Part shown: positions 62,106 to 64,000 of the stretch, one piece after another
Numbering within the stretch: the stretch's first letter is position 1
How the letters are laid out: every line of letters begins with the position of its first letter
Assembly: GCA_016283155.1 (NCBI GenBank)
Contig: JAEEMI010000016.1
Location: forward strand, 44,726-108,725
Source: Clostridia bacterium
GTDB lineage: Bacteria > Bacillota > Clostridia > Christensenellales > UBA1242
Direction: 5' to 3'
Length of the DNA stretch: 64,000 nt
Made by a program: the position numbers and the translations under genes
The notes under the pieces: model-generated
What the model saw: only the letters and a program-made list of their open reading frames with translations
Told to the model about the DNA's origin: nothing
Database searches by the model: none

Positions 62106-64000
62106 TTACCATTCAAATAAATCTTTGCGTTGTGCGTTATTCACACGACGGATAACAATGTCATTACGACGATGAATATCATAATAAATTGCCGCTTCAT
62201 CAAAGAACTTACCGGGAATATAGATATCTGGTGTCGGTAATAATTTAATTACCCCCTTATTAATACATTGATAAAATAATGTTACTTTACTACGCAAAGG
62301 ATGGAATGTGAAGCAATAGATAAAGATATTACCAGGAATAATATCTAGTAATTCGTTCGGTGGTAATAACGGACGACTAGCGGTATTGGTTGCAGTTGAT
62401 TTGCTACCACCTTCAGCATCATTTTTAGCTGCCTTACCAGTATTACGACTAACTGTAGTACTTTCCGTCGTAACTTCCATATCCCCCATCAAGTCCGAGA
62501 ACATCTTACGCGTATCAGTATCATTAACACCGACAAAAACCTGATGGTTACAGTTATTACGCACAGTAACTGCAGTTTCTGCACCATATGTTGTTTCCAA
62601 TTGCTTATAATCCTGCAAAACCAATGTAAAGAAAATCAAACGTGAACGCGAAACGGTAATAACGGTAGCAAAATCATTAATCTTTGGCATATTACCAAAC
62701 TCATCAAGAATGAAATAGGTTGGCCACGGTAATTTACCACCACGTTCATTGGCACTAGCAACTAATGATTTATACAACTGTGAAATACACAAAGTGGCTA
62801 ATGGATGACGAACCTTAATTTGATCAGGAATAATCAAGAAGAAAGCAGTTGGCTTTTTCGCAAAATCTTCAAATTTAATATCGGTACCACTGGTAATATA
62901 ACAAATACCCTTATCGTTAAACATCGACAATTTTTGTGTTGCGATACCGAAGAAGTTACGCATCGTGTTTTCTGCGTTAGCAGTAACAGTTTGCGCCAAC
63001 GAAGCAGCTACCGATAAGACATCACGACCCTCAAAATAATTTTTAATTGTTTTAAACATTGCTTGCGGATCATTATCACGAATTGATAAAATTTTGAAAA
63101 TATTATAGAAATTAAACTTCTCACGTGTCATTCCCAAATTTGGATTCAAACTATCTTCTAACATGGCCATTGCTGTACCCTGAATTAAATCACGAGCCCC
63201 CTGCTCCCAACTTGGATCTTTCTCATTTTCTATTGGACAGATTGCCGAACAAATATCTTTAATATCAGCTTCAGCATCAGAAATTAACTGTTGACGTAAA
63301 GTACGCATTTCATTTTCTGCCATTTCTTTACTAGGAAACGCAATGCCATTAAAAGCATACCAAACTGGTGGATAAGTACTAGCAATCACACGTAATCCTA
63401 ATTTAGCAGGATTTGCGTTTTCATAACGTTGAATTTCACGTTCTAGATGCTGTGCTCGTTGAAACATATCCCAAGGTTTTTCAAAAGGATTCCATCGTGA
63501 ACTACGAATTGGATCATTTAAATTAAACACCTGGACGTCATAACCTTGATGACGCAAACTTTCTGCCATTGAACGATAAATTTCTCCCTTGGGGTCGGTA
63601 ATAACTAGATTAGGTTTTTGATTAGAAAACCCCAATGTATAAATAAATGGGAAAACATAACCTTGTGTTTTTGCCGCACCAGTTGTACCTAAAACAATCG
63701 AATGATAATCCTTGGGAATCATATTGATATGAATATCATTACCAATTAATTCAAAACGAGCTAACGGACCTGTTTTCTTTAAACTTGATAATTGCGAAGC
63801 ACGCGTGTAAATATAGATTCGGTCACGTTCTGCCGGCGTCATCCAACGGTTAGAATAATATTGCGAAACCCCACTTTTCTTTTTTCCATTTTTGCCATCT
63901 GCATCCAGAAACTTAAACAAAAAGAATGCCAGCAAGCATAAAGGAATCAGCATCATTCCTGTTTGAAAAATTGTATCATTAATTGCTGCAAAACTAAATA
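62106..64000 (-). CDS. type IV secretion coupling protein (VirD4/TraG/TraD family), probably 5'-truncated by the window edge
   Basis: HSIVLGTTGAAKTQGYVFP (P-loop position), NLVITDPKGEIY...GYDVQVFNLNDP and YFILDEFGNMPKI (Walker B) match the T4CP layout. The reading frame stays open upstream of the first Met at 63956 through position 64000. Confidence 0.75.
   Translation of the reverse strand, partial: FSFAAINDTIFQTGMMLIPLCLLAFFLFKFLDADGKNGKKKSGVSQYYSNRWMTPAERDRIYIYTRASQLSSLKKTGPLARFELIGNDIHINMIPKDYHSIVLGTTGAAKTQGYVFPFIYTLGFSNQKPNLVITDPKGEIYRSMAESLRHQGYDVQVFNLNDPIRSSRWNPFEKPWDMFQRAQHLEREIQRYENANPAKLGLRVIASTYPPVWYAFNGIAFPSKEMAENEMRTLRQQLISDAEADIKDICSAICPIENEKDPSWEQGARDLIQGTAMAMLEDSLNPNLGMTREKFNFYNIFKILSIRDNDPQAMFKTIKNYFEGRDVLSVAASLAQTVTANAENTMRNFFGIATQKLSMFNDKGICYITSGTDIKFEDFAKKPTAFFLIIPDQIKVRHPLATLCISQLYKSLVASANERGGKLPWPTYFILDEFGNMPKINDFATVITVSRSRLIFFTLVLQDYKQLETTYGAETAVTVRNNCNHQVFVGVNDTDTRKMFSDLMGDMEVTTESTTVSRNTGKAAKNDAEGGSKSTATNTASRPLLPPNELLDIIPGNIFIYCFTFHPLRSKVTLFYQCINKGVIKLLPTPDIYIPGKFFDEAAIYYDIHRRNDIVIRRVNNAQRKDLFEW

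Noticed and set aside
1-64000. Scan for CRISPR arrays, IS elements or transposases, integrases, rRNA genes and toxin-antitoxin pairs.
   Set aside because: I found no regularly spaced direct repeats, no transposase or integrase-like ORFs and no rRNA-like sequence. The only mobile-element hint is the T4CP gene at the window edge.

Overview
AT-rich, gene-dense bacterial chromosome segment using the standard genetic code (TGA is used as a stop). The tRNAs encode their CCA ends and promoters are sigma-A type (TTGACA-17-TATAAT), which suggests a low-GC Firmicute/Bacillota with a compact genome; that assignment is inference. About 80 percent of the coding sequence is on the minus strand. Housekeeping genes I recognise are glmS, a rimP-nusA-ylxR cluster, a tightly coupled recD2-pheS-pheT block, tadA, ssrA (tmRNA), three tRNAs, an Hsp20 and a YjjX-type NTPase. 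There is also a cell-wall locus: a SleC/SpoIID-like lytic enzyme, an ATP-grasp ligase and an Amidase_3, with PG_binding_1 repeats in the lytic enzyme and the amidase. The main feature is a surface-protein locus covering 46 percent of the window. It holds a 7,116-aa ORF (28215-49565) and a 2,630-aa ORF (54142-62034), both membrane-anchored and driven by near-identical promoters and 5' UTRs. The larger one follows a CPBP-CPBP-tadA-beta-helix operon. The smaller one follows a VirD4/TraG-type coupling protein that runs off the window edge. The 7,116-aa protein carries at least 11 divergent tandem modules built on a motif pair I do not recognise, a low-complexity linker ending in D10, GLUG beta-helix units and a ~1,550-aa C-terminal region with no motif I recognise. 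Smaller items include a divergent DAC-like (diadenylate cyclase fold) gene coupled to pheT, an M19-M14 peptidase fusion, an orphan sigma region-4 protein, a frameshifted collagen-like remnant, a CIRCE-like operator at hsp20 and a poly(A)10 tract in a surface-protein promoter. I found no CRISPR array, transposase or rRNA. Non-CDS coordinates were counted by hand against ORF-track anchors and may be off by 1-2 nt.
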